Made by a program: the position numbers and the translations under genes
Notes under the pieces: generated by a model
Database searches by the model: none
The model's input: the letters and a program-made list of their open reading frames with translations, nothing else
What the model was told of the DNA's origin: nothing
Source of the DNA: Raillietiella orientalis
Taxonomy: Eukaryota
Length of the DNA: 64,000 bases
NCBI GenBank assembly: GCA_036172245.1
Contig: JAYWIR010000001.1
Coordinates: 7,254,001-7,318,000 of the forward strand
Direction: 5' to 3'
Shown here: piece after piece, positions 12,445-24,100 of the stretch
How positions within the stretch are numbered: position 1 is the stretch's first letter
How the letters are laid out: every line of letters begins with the position of its first letter

Positions 12445-14467
12445 TGGAGCATCATCCCTTTCTTTGGCTCCCTCCTCCTTCCCTCCTCCTCCGCAAACGG
12501 TTGGTGGTCTCCGAGGAGATTGATGGAGGAACGATGGCAGCACGTCCTGGAGCCGCCTGCTTACTTCCTCTTCCCTTCCTCATCCGACTGACTGCGCAAC
12601 CTTCCTCCGGGGGTCCGCCTGAAGAAAATGGGCAGGCCGAAAGGGACCAGGAATTCTCCCCTCAGCAGTACCTTCCTCCGATGCCGCGCGAGGCGCTGCT
12701 GTCGCGACAGAGCTCACGTCCCCTTCTGCCGTCATGCCGAGAAAAAGTTGCTGCAGAGGGGAAGCCGTGGAGTAGGGCCAGGAAGGAGGCCACTCCCTTC
12801 TCCTCCTTCCTCCCGAGGCGAGAGATCCGCTCCCACCCCACAGCGGGATGAGGTTCCCTTCCTGCGGGAGTCTCATAGACCCGTACCTTCTCCCCTGACT
12901 CCAGGAGAGCTTCCACTCCCGTCTCCCGTCCCCTGTATCCTGGACTCCTCCCGCCTTTCTCGTCGTGGAGCGCCTCCCGTTCCGACCTCTCTGCTACCGG
13001 GGAAACCATCCTCCAGACAGGAAAGTAAGGTGTTCTTTGCTCAGCGGCGAAGGGCGGGTGCCGCCCTTCCCGAGGCGAGCACTGGGCATTTCCGGGAGAG
13101 CCGGTGAAGCTTTCGCGGCTCTGGAGCCCGCGTCCCGGACGGAGGGAGGTCCGGGCGGCCAAGGCTGCCGGCAAACGGAGCCGCTGAGGCGGTGTCGGCG
13201 TCCGGTCGGAGTGGTCCGCCAGCACCGCCGCGAGCGGAGACGCGTAGGAGCGTCCCTCCCGCTGTCTGGGTGGGCTCCTCGCCCAAAGGAACGAGGAAAG
13301 AGGTGGAGCTGCCGATGTGGCAGGAGGCGCGTTTTCCACGCGTGCGACCGCCCGTCCGGGCGCTCCCTCCGGAGAGGGCAGTGCTTGCGCCCCTCCCTCC
13401 CCCCCCTTCCTCCCGGAAAGGGAGCGAGTGCCACCGACGGCGCCCCGTGACGACGACGACGCCCCTGCTGTGGAGGATTCTGGGAAAGGATCTGCTGCCC
13501 CTCCCAACTCCTCCTCGCCTCTGGGTGGGAGGTGTGACCGATCGGGAGCCCCTCCGGGCGGCAGGAGCGGCGAGACGTGCAGACCCACCTCTCAGGGACG
13601 CTGTCCCACCCCTGGTGGCTCCGGGGCGAGAAAGGTAAAGAAGGAGGGGAAAAACCTCGCTCGTTTCCATGCTTCTCGCCCGCGAGCCATGCGGAACGCG
13701 CGAGGTCGAGGGTCGACGCCCCACGCACGCACGAGAGGGAGACTCGCGGGGTGCACCTCGAGAACTCATGAGGTCGGCCGCCGCCACGGGTCCACCATCT
13801 TCCCTGGGTCTCTCCCCGAGGCCGTTGGCAACTTCCGGGTGTCCCTGGGGATTTCTGCAGAGTCTGGAATGGGGGGAAAGGGAGGTGGGCAGGGGGAATG
13901 CGATCTTCTTCGCCTTCGCAGTTCCGCTATTCACCCGTGGAAGGCGAGGAGAGACGAGAGGGGGAAGAGGTGTCGAGGACGGACGGGGGCGCTGGAAGGC
14001 GCCGCCCTCGAGCGTCACCGTGAGTCCGCCCGCTCCCCGCTCCTGGCGAAGTGCGCGCGTCGGTTTCTCCGTGGCGACGCGCCCGGCAGGCGTCCACGAC
14101 GCAGGCGCGCGAGCCGTACGGTTTTTTCCTCTCGGCTTGCGCGTGCCGGCCCGCAGTGTGCACGGGCGGAGCGCCTGCGCCGCATGGTGCATGCGGCTCC
14201 TGGCCGCGCGGTGGTTCAGAGGAAGAGGGGGCAGGGGAGAGATGGGAGGGGGGGGAAGAATGGAAGGAAGAGAGAGCGAGATGGCGGGAGAGGGGATGGG
14301 TGGAGAGGCAAAACTCTTCCCCCCCCATCCTCTCTACCCCCTCTTCCCTATCCTCCCCGTCCCCTTTCCTCCCGCGACTCCCCTCCCTCCCTTCCTTCCC
14401 CGTCCCCCTTCTTTTCTGGGGCGTCCCGTCCCAGCTCTTTCCTCTCTGTTCTCTGTGTCCCTTCCAG

Positions 14468-14665
14468 GATCGGCGCGCAGCGAAAGCACACGGAATCGCG
14501 CGACGGCGGCGGTGGTGGTAACGGCGACCCGCCCCCGCCTGCCTTGGGGCAAGTCAGTGAAGACCTCTGGGAGCACCTGAGCCGGGAGGAGGAAACAGGC
14601 ATGGGGAAGTCGTTTTTGGAGGACGACGGGGAAGACAGCGACAGCCCCGCGCTGGAAGTCCTGCT
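14468..14665 (+). CDS. Probable upstream EAAT exon; ATG 14601 gives MGKSFLEDDGEDSDSPALEVLL, in frame with the 29026 exon (561-aa isoform)
   Basis: Long polypyrimidine acceptor ...ctctgtgtcccttccag| and donor CT|gtgagt. 198 nt, phase 2-2, open throughout; ggcATGg context. CT+G gives Leu, then [12 protein letters not shown]. Confidence 0.65.
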
Positions 14666-15495
14666 GTGAGTACCCCTGTGCCCCTGGAAGGGAGGGGAGG
14701 AGAGAGAAAGAGAGAGATAGTTGCTCTCTTCTTGAAAGGGAGGTCAGCTTCCAGGAAGAGGGTTGGGGTGGAAGAGGTCTCTGGGGCGCTCGGAGCTTCT
14801 CCGGCAAGGGGACGGAAGGTTCGCTTCAGGGAGGGCTCGTCTCTTGCGTCCCGCGGAAGGGGACTCTTTCCGTGCCCACTCTCACGGTTCCTCGGACGAG
14901 GGAATCGGGGAAGAGGGCAGGGCAGGAGGGGGGAAGAGGGGCTTCTCGATCGTACCCGGCCCCCTTTCCAGAAAGAGCTGCCGAGAATCGTTCGCCGAGG
15001 GAGTACCCCAGGGATGCCTAGACGGAGATGGGGTTTCCGGGAAGGGGTTCGGGCCTCCAGGTCGCCTCCGCTCTCAGGTCTGTCCATCCCCGCAGGCCCA
15101 GCGCTGCCACCCTCTGCCCTTTGACGGCCCTCCTGCCCCTTCTCGCCCGGAGGAGCGGGAATGAGGGCTACGCTGAGGTCGGGCACCGCTGCCACCATTC
15201 TGCACCCACCCGAAGCGACCGGACGGGCCCAGGGGATGAAGTTCTCGGAGCGGGGTTGTGAGGGTCGCGTCCCCGGGGACTCACTCGTGCAAAAGGGAAC
15301 CCCGGGAAGAGTCTCTTCCCCTAGCAGGAATAGACCAGGGGGCGGACGGGAGTTTCGTCGCCTTCTCCTGCTCGCCCGGAAGGGGTCGGAGGGGAAGGGA
15401 CGGGAGCGTTTCCCCCGGAGGAGGGAGAAGACCATCCCAGAGAGGCGGCTGACATAGCCAGGGATCGCTTCATGGACCCTCTTCCCTAAGGGAAG

Positions 15496-15515
15496 ATGGG
15501 CAGCGAGCAAGCAAG
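15496..15515 (+). CDS. Candidate alternative first coding exon of EAAT (MGSEQAR-)
   Basis: aagATGg start context, strong donor AAG|gtaagg, phase 2, in frame with the 29026 acceptor. Confidence 0.45.
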
Positions 15516-18500
15516 GTAAGGAAAGGAATGGAGGATCCCACGCTCCTCTCTGCGTGGGATCCTCCTGTGGAACGCGTGCAGGGCCGGGGTTCGGGACGGG
15601 GAAGGGGAGAGCGGGGGAAGAGTTCCCTCTTCACTCCTTCCTAAGCTCCCCTTTTCTCCTGGGAGCGATGGGGTCGCCCTCCTTCTCTTCCCTGTTATTC
15701 CCAGTTTTCGTGCTCCCCCTCCTTCCTGCCCCAGGAGCCTCCCTCGTAGAGGTCTCCTCCCCGGGTCTGATGCACACCGGAGGAGTCGACTGCGAGACCT
15801 ACCATCTCCCGGAATCGACCCACGCTGGATCCAGGGAGGCTTCCTAACCCTCCTCCCCTCTTCATCCCGCTCACCCCGCTGCTGCCGCTGCGTGGCCCGT
15901 CGGTTGCTCCAAGCGACGAGAGGAGTCTGCTTGGATCAGAGCGGACCGAATCTCGCCCGTTCCCACCTCCCTCTGGAGGCGACGAGGACCTCCTCCGGGA
16001 TAGGACACGGGTGCGGGCTGGAAAGAGGAGCGCATCCGAGGCGAACCCGTCGCTCGCGGAGGAACGGGGGGCTTCCCTCGCTCCGCGCGCCACGCTCGGG
16101 AGGGCAGGATCCTTGGGTCCTCTGTCCTCGGTGGTCCCCAGGACAATGCTCTGCTCCCAGACGCCAAGGAGTGGTGTGAGCATGCCCGCTGCTTCCTCTC
16201 CTCCTCCTCTGTTTCCCCCCCCCCCCGTCCCTCTTCAGAGCGGCTCGTGGAGAGGGGAGGGAGGGAAGACGCGGGGAACGAAAGGATTGGAGGAGGGAAA
16301 GGAGGCGAAAGGGGTTGCCACAGTATCCCTCTTCCCTCATCCCCTCTGATTCTCCTCTTCTACTCTGCCTGAGAAAGGAAAAAAAAAACACCACGTGGAG
16401 AGAAGGGAGTGGCCTCGTGGCAGGGATCGTGCACGTAGCTCCTTCCGGAAGCATCCGATGGAGGAGGGCACCCCCTTCTTCCCACCCTATGCTGCTCTAC
16501 CGGACGTATCCGGCTCGCGGGACGCGTCGGAAGGGGCAGAACGACTTTCCTCAGGCACCTGGGGTCAGGTGGAACCGCGAACTCCTTCTCCTCCTCCCCA
16601 GAGGTGGGGTTGGAGAGGCAGGGTGCTATTCCTTCCTGGGCGGTAGGTAGAGGGACCAGGGGGGTCCGATTCCAGGAGCGGGGAGGAAGGAGGAGCCCTG
16701 CTGTCCGCGAGGATCGGCCCAGAGGAGCGTATGGGCCGGTCCCTTCCTCGCGGACTCCGGACTTCCGCAGAGTGCAGTGAGCGAGAAAGGGAGGGGAGGA
16801 AAGGGGAGGTTCGCCGTCCCGGAGGGGAATCCTGGAAACCCTCTTCCTCCCCTCCCCCTTCTTCTTCCTCTGCCCGCCGTCCTGCACAGGTCTCTCCCAC
16901 AGCCCCTGGTGCCACTCAGGTCAAGGAGGAGCCGTTGCGTCCGCGTCTCAACAGGAAAAGGGGAAGACGGGGCGAGTGGGAACGGGATTGCGGCGGAGAG
17001 TCCTTTCTTGTTCCTCGACCCACTGTGCCCCTCGTCGTCGCTGCCTCCTCATCCGCTCTCCCTGTTCCCCCACCCTCCTTTCCCCATCTCGCAGAGGGGG
17101 AGGTCGCCGAGCCAGAGCTTCCCCTCCTTGCCGTCGCCAAGGCGACCACCCTCCCCCCTCCTCCCCCCTCCTAGAGCCGGAGGAAGGAACGAGGGGAGGT
17201 GGTGGGGGTGCATTGTAAGACGCCCGCAGCGCCTTCGTCTTCACGTGGCGAAGGAGGCAGCCGAAAGAATCTGCCCTCGAGGTGCGAGCGCGCCGCAGCA
17301 GACGGACCGAGGTCGCCGTGTCTGTGCCCGCAGGCCTGCAGTGGCAGATCGCGTCTTCCGGGGAGACATGGTGGTGGTGGTGGTGGTGGCCCGTGGCCGC
17401 GGAGAGCTGGGGAGTGGTGGAGGGAGGGGAAGAGGAGGAGAGGGAGGCGTGCTCCGGTGGCGGTGACAGCTGCCATCGCCTGACGCTGGAAGGCACCACC
17501 GCAGGTTGACCAGCGGACCTGCGGGCAGCCAGGACGGGGCTGAGGAGGATGGGAGGGAGGAGGCCGTCCTCAACGATGTCGTGGGGTCCCAGGCGCCTCC
17601 CATCCGAGCTGTACCTCTTCCTCCACCCCCTTCCCCCCTCTCAGCCCTCGGTATGGGGTGCGTGTGGGCGACCCTGGGGGCGTTCGAAAGAGGCCGCTCT
17701 CGTTCAATCCGGGACGACCACCGTAAAACGAACGCTCCGAAGACGGCCCGGGGCTGGGACGGGGTGGCTGCCCCTGGCGATGACAGCTGCGGCGCGTTGC
17801 GTCCGAGGCTCTGGTCTTGGGCTCCTCCTCCCCGTGTCAGTCGAGTCCTCCCGTTCCTGCCACCGCATCCGGGAAGCGCCAGCTGTTCCTCATCCTCTCT
17901 CGCGCGCGCATCCTCCAGCGCATCTCCTGGCAGCTCCTGCGAAGGGCACGGCGTCGTGCGCCGGACCTGCATCCCTCCCGCCAGCGCGATGCGGCGACGG
18001 TCGATCGACGCTTCCCTTCCTTTCTTTCTTTCTTCTTTCCTTCTTCCTCTCCCCTCCCCCTCCACTCCCTCCGTTCTTTGAGACTCCGCAGCATCCCTTC
18101 TTCTCTAACAAGAGGTCATAAGGACGATTAGCGTTATCTCGGGTTTCACGCCTCGAGTGTTCCATCTCGCCGATGCTATTCCCGCCTCACGGGACGGGGA
18201 ACCGCCACTCGGATGGCCCCCGAGGACGCGTCTTCTTCCGGACGAGATGAAACGAGAGCATTTCCCCCCCCGCCTGCCCCTGGACCTGGAGGCGGCGGGG
18301 AGCGTACGGCGCCCGGAAATGCGAGGGATGCGAGGCGGGCGAACGCAAAAAACAAACAAAAAGTAAAAAGGGGGGGGGGATCGTGCAGAGTCGAAGAAGC
18401 TGCCGTTAGGCGCGCGCTCATTCCCGTCCACCTTCGTCGCAACCGACGACGACGACCCCGGGCAGCGCGCATCCCGGAAGAGCACGAAGGCGGGGCGCGC

Positions 18501-21129
18501 CCTCTTCGCCTCCCGTTCGCGAGACAGGCGCCCATCAGGAGGGCCGCGGGCGGCAGCCAGAGACGAGTCAGGCGCGTCTGTCCGGGAGCGCGCGCGACCC
18601 GCCGCCGAGGCGGCGGATAGCAGCTGGTCCGGGCAGCCGCATCCATCATCCAGAGATGCTTTCCTCCGCTCAGGACGCGCCTCGCTGCGGCCGCTCCCGT
18701 TCTTTCCCCGCGCCGCTGGGGAAACCGGCACCCGGCAAATCCTGGTTGATCGATTCCACCTATTCGGGAAGCGGGTCCGCCGTTCAAGGCGGTTTATTAA
18801 GGGCGGAAGGACCCTTCTCCTCACTCCCCTGCTTTCCTTCCCCCTTCCTCCGGCGTAATCCCTCCGCTGGCAGCAGGCAGCAGCATCCCCCCGTCTCTTC
18901 CTGGTTCTCCTCCTCCCTCCCTCCTCTCCTCCTCCTCCACTCTCCCCCGTTCCTTTCCCTTCCGCGTCGTCGTCGTCCCGGTCTCCCGACCAGCGACCGG
19001 GAAATGCGTGCGCTCCGGGGACGCAGGGACGACGGAGGGGCTCGTCCTCTTCCCTGCGGCCATCCCCATCTCCCTCCGCGCGGTCTCGGGGAGGTGGAAG
19101 GTCAGCTCGCAGTTTCTCTTTCCTCCTCCGCCCACTTCGTTACCATGGAGAAGAAGCAGGGAACGCCCGCTCGCGGGAAGGGGACGAGCTGTTGAGCTCC
19201 CGATCATTCCTGTCTCGTGAGAGGGAACGGGGCAGGGGCGAGCGAGCCGGAGAGGACAGCTGGAGGGAGGGGAGGAGCCATGCGGAACCGAAAGGGTCGT
19301 CTCCGACCTTTTTTTCTCCTCCTCCCCCCCTCCTTCCGGGACTCTCCCGTGCCCCCTTCCCTTCCTTCCTCCCGTTATCCCGATAAGCACCGCGGGAACC
19401 GGCGCCAGCGGTGTCCCGATAAGGCTATTCCAGAGTTAATCATTCCTGATCCGGGATTTTCGTTTTTACTTTTTTTTTCTTTTTGCCAGGAACAACGCGG
19501 CCGAGGGAAACCCGGGATTCGTGGAGCTTCCCCATCGGAGAGGGAAGGAGGGGAGAGGGAAAGGGAGACTCTCCCTCTCGGGAAAAGACCCCGGGATGGT
19601 CGCCTCCCTGCTCGAGCCGCTACCACTTCCGGCCAAAATTTCTCCCGTCCTAAAGACGTACGAAAGGCGAGGGAGAAGGGGGAAGCCGCAGCAGAGGGGT
19701 GCACTTCTCGGACGCCTCTGGCTGAAACGGGCTCGCGCGACCTCCAGGAACCCTCTCCGGCTCCCTGAAGTAGATAGCGGCACTCCGTCCCTCGTACACT
19801 CGTCCTCCTTGGCCGCCCCTCCCGGGTAATCTAGCAACGCGTCCCGCTCCTACCGGCGGAGACAGAGGCCAGTTTGTGGAGAAGAGAGGATAGGCGTTGG
19901 TCGTAGGGAGGAACAGTTAGTGTGGCAGAGGGTATGCATCTCTTCTTCCTTTCCTTCATCTCCCCCTCTCCCCTCCACCCTCCTGGAGTGAAGGTGGAGC
20001 AGTAGCAGGGAGGCGGCGCGCATACGTGCTCGCGCCACGAGGGACAGAGGAGAGGAGGGGAGAGTGATCCGGGTGGAACCTTGATTCCTCGTCCCCCTTC
20101 CTGCGTTTCCATCCCGGCCGCTCCGGCTAGCGGGAGGCGCTCCCTGCTTCCTTCCCGCGCGGTCCAGAGCAGGGTGGAGACTCAGCACGCTGCGCCCGCT
20201 GCGATAGAGCCGCTTTTACAGTGATTCCCACCGCTCTCTGCCTCCTCCCCCATGCCCTCTCTCCCAAGCACCTACCTGGAGGGGAGGTCGTCTCCAGGGA
20301 CCAGCGTCCGGACAGACTCCCTTCCTGTCCCTTGAAACGCTCCTGGCGTCTCCCCTCTTGCCCGCTGGATGGCATTCCCAGCCGATCCTATCAAGGACGG
20401 CCCGGAGGGCTTCTTTACACCCTCCCTCCTTCAGGGCAGACTCCTAAGCGACCCTACGCCTGCTCCCCCTCTTCCGCGCGGCTCCTTTTCTCGGCTCCTG
20501 CGCAGGGTGGGTGCACTGGGTCCTCCCCGGCTTGGCAGCGCCGCTCTTTCATGTCCCCGGCAGTAGGGCAGGCCCGGAAGGCGAAGAATCAGGAAGGGGA
20601 GCGAGGGGAGGGCAGAGCATTAAGCCGTCTTCTTCTTCCGGTCCGCGGGCGCTCCCAGAGAAGACCGCCGCAGCCCGGAAGGTATCTTCTCCCGGCGACC
20701 GCTAGCAGAAGGAGTACCCCAGGTCCGACCCGGAGGAGACCACTTCGCCAGCACCCTCCTTGTGACGGGAGCCGGACCCCCGGAGCGAACCCTGAATGTC
20801 CCGTCGTCGCGTCAGCGCGGCGGCCGTCCGAGTCGCGAAGGAAGGAACGGGCGGAGGGCTCTGGCGAAAGACGGGGCTGGTAGCCACAGAGACTAGCGGG
20901 CTGAGAGCGGGTCGTATCTGTTACGTAACCCCTCCCTTCCGATTGCAAGGGTTCGTTTCCACCCTCTCCCTCCGATCATTCGGTTGCTAGCCGAACGGGA
21001 AAGCCTGGCCTCTGGCTCTTCTCCCGACTCCCGATACACCTCCGGCCGTCCGACGGGTTTCCAGGCGAGGAAGGGCGGCTCTCCAGCGAGGGCGACCCCC
21101 ACTCCCCGACCTATGGTTCTGGCTCGGCG

Positions 21130-21148
21130 CTCTCTCTCTCTCTCTCTC
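21130..21148. repeat. (CT)n microsatellite
   Basis: ctctctctctctctctctc; other short tandem repeats include (GGT)n ~17370-17388, (GAA)n ~25307-25325, (CAC)n ~32897-32917, (TCT)n ~36555-36573 and (TA)n ~50501-50516. Confidence 0.9.
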
Positions 21149-24100
21149 ATCTGTGGGGACTTCGTCGCGGGGTGGGCGAGCTCATTGTGACTCAATAGCG
21201 CCAGAGTGCGGTAGCGGCTACTGCTGCTGCTCGCTCTGCTGCCTGTGTGCCGACCGACCCGTCCGGAGCTCTTTTTTCCTCCTCGAGGCAGCAGCTGCAA
21301 CCGTCGGCAGGCTGCCTGCCCCTCTATGGCCTTCTGCCGACGCGATGCGGCACTTGTTCGCCGTCAACGGGTGTGAGATGATGAGCAATGAATTGCCACT
21401 TTGTTTCATTGCATATTTATTTTCATTAACTTGGTTCCATTTTTTTGTTTGCTCTCGGAACCTGCATACAAATGCAGACCAAAAAAAACACACACACACA
21501 CGCACGCACGCACAAAAAAGAAAACGGACGCAGCGGCGCGCCAATCAGGGTGCCACGCAACCATGCAATGCAACCCCAGCGAACGATCTCGTTCGGCGTG
21601 GGTCGTTATGGGGGAAATCCGACAGCATCATGGGCCGGAACACGTGTTCTCACCTGTCAGGTTTCCCTTTTTCCTTGCTTCCTGAGGAGCTGACACGCAT
21701 CCGTGCGGCTGTCCTCTTACGAAACGAGAGACGCGGTTCTTGTGCTTATGTTGCATTTCCTGTGAGACCTCGGTGGTGCAGAGGGAAGGAAGGCGAAGCG
21801 CGGAGCATCTTCACATTACCACGCCTCTTGCGGGGAGACCGCTTGCTTCCCGGGGGAAGCCGGTCAAACTCTTCCCGGTTCTCTGCCTGTGCTCTGTGCT
21901 CTTGGCTACACGCTTGTGAAAATTCGGTCATGTGGCGTTCCCGGAGAGAGCAAGACGAGAGGAAGGGCATTCGAGGGCCGCTGTTCACGTAGAATAAGAG
22001 GAAGAACCCTTTTGGGACTGGAGCTATGTGCCGGGGCCATCTCCCAGAACTGTGTGATGCAAGCCTTGCTCGACTGGCGTCAATCTTCCAGAAATGCATC
22101 CCAGCGCAGATTGCGTCGGAGCGCCGAATTTTGTGATGCTGAATGGGTTGCCACGGTTCCCAAAGCGGGGGGGTTCCGTGCGGTACGGGTATAGAAATTT
22201 AGAACATTTAATTATACGATACACTGATGTAATTCATATAAACACTTCTGAATATGCATTGAGCGTGGGACGTTTTATTATATACCGTTTATCTTATCGG
22301 CACGATAATCGATTAACCTTAGAGTTTTGTTTTGTTTGTTTGTTCGTTGCATCACTTGTTGGAAAGCGTATATCAAAATAGACTTTAAATTGTGTACTAA
22401 ATCAGCATTTATATCAGGGATGATTTAAATGCAACCGTTGAATTCGAGCGCCGAATCTGAGCTCGTGATGAAAGAGGATTGTGGTTGATCTCAAGAATCC
22501 GCCATTCGCGATGACGCTGATCAAAATGTAGCTGCCGAGAGGAATACGGCCGTTTTCTCCAATCGTTGGACTTTTCTCTGCGTCGGAAGGAAGAGAAAAA
22601 AAAAAGGTTATGCGTGGAGCAGATGGCGTCGCTGTGCAGCCTTTGCTGCAACCCATTTCGGGCGCTTCATTTGATTTACAATCACCTGCATCTTCCGAAA
22701 TTCGGAGTTGCTTCTGAGAATCAAAGCCCCCCTCTAACAAGTGGAGTTGTCCGAGGGGACCGGGTCCTCGAACAGATGAAAACAAACGCGCTCGAGCAGC
22801 TTCTGCAGATCACGAGCCAGCCGTTCACGTCTTCCTCTTCCCGGGAAGACCGCGGAAAGCCCGAAATGCGAAGAACGCTTCGGAAGGGACTGCGAGGTCG
22901 CCCTGCCGATCGGCAGCCGAAGGAGCAAGAACAAGGATGCACTCAGTCAGATCATGATAATTAGCTTGCCATTAGTGGCGCCTCCCGAATTTCAGTAGGC
23001 TCGAGAATGCGGCGGTCAGGCTGCGCTCCCGTTCTGCACCCTTGCCTCCCCGGTCTTGCAGGGTTCCTGCTTTGCCAGATTGCAGCACCGGGCTCCTCCT
23101 CGGATGTTTTGTTCCGTTTCCGGGGCACAGTCACGCGAAAAATGGCATTGCCTGCCTCTGTTCCCGGAAGATTTATCGGATCCGAATTCTCGAATTATTT
23201 CCACGTGCTCCACACGCAGCAGGTCCGTTTTGTTCATGGGATGAAGTCGGCCTTTCCGAGCACGTGCACTGATTGCGGGGCTACGTGAGACAAATGAGAG
23301 CGGAGAATGGCTGACACGGTCGCAGACTGACTCCCATGCGTGTCAAAATTGCCTACCCCGGTTAATTCCCTTCCCCTAGCTATCCCCTCGCTAAACGTAC
23401 TGCGAATTGGATCCTCCCTCAGAAGTTTAGCTGGCAATCCCTAGATTGGAGCAGACTTTCAAAACGGGCCCTGCGCTGCCCTAGCCAGGTGGAACCACGG
23501 GGAAGACGGCAGCGCCGTACGAACCGCCCGACTCCCAGGAGCATGAAACGAGCGCTGCGTGTCCCCTTGCTGCTCCAGGAGTGCGCAGCATCCCGGACCA
23601 TACGGAAGACTTTCGACATTCCTTTTCTACACGCGGCTCTTATAGGCACGTCGCAGGAAGACGGTTTCGCCCAGCCTTACGGGGACGCGCACTTCCATTG
23701 CTCGCGGGATTTCGAGCGAGTCGAAAGTACCAACGGGAAGGAATGCCTTAGCGTCCTGCGCGAATCGAGTCGTTCGTGCACGCCCGACGAGCGTAGGCTT
23801 GGGAAGTGGACTCCGTGAAAGCGTCCACCCGCCGAACGTCTCCGGAGAAAGAAAGTTTCCTTCGAGACGCAAGGCCGCAAGCATCTTTCGTCTCGCGACG
23901 CCATAATTCACCCACCTCCGTATGATTCCTTCGCACTGGGTTTCCGGAGACGCGGGGAATGCCGAAGAGCATTCTAGAATTTGACGGAAGATGCCGAAAT
24001 CCCGGGTGTTTTCCCTGCGTGCGAACCCAATCTTGGAGTCGCTGGATACTTTCAGTCGCGTGGAGGACCCATGGAAACTGTAACCATGCAAAATCCCCAG

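Noticed and set aside
19490-19826. Possible extra phase-2 EAAT 5' exon (strong acceptor at 19490, ATG 19596, GG|gtaatc)
   Set aside because: The donor is weak and the peptide is unremarkable. Kept only as a junction to test.
22418-22461. Possible C/D snoRNA-like boxes (gATGATt ... CTGA)
   Set aside because: Imperfect C box, too short and no terminal stem.
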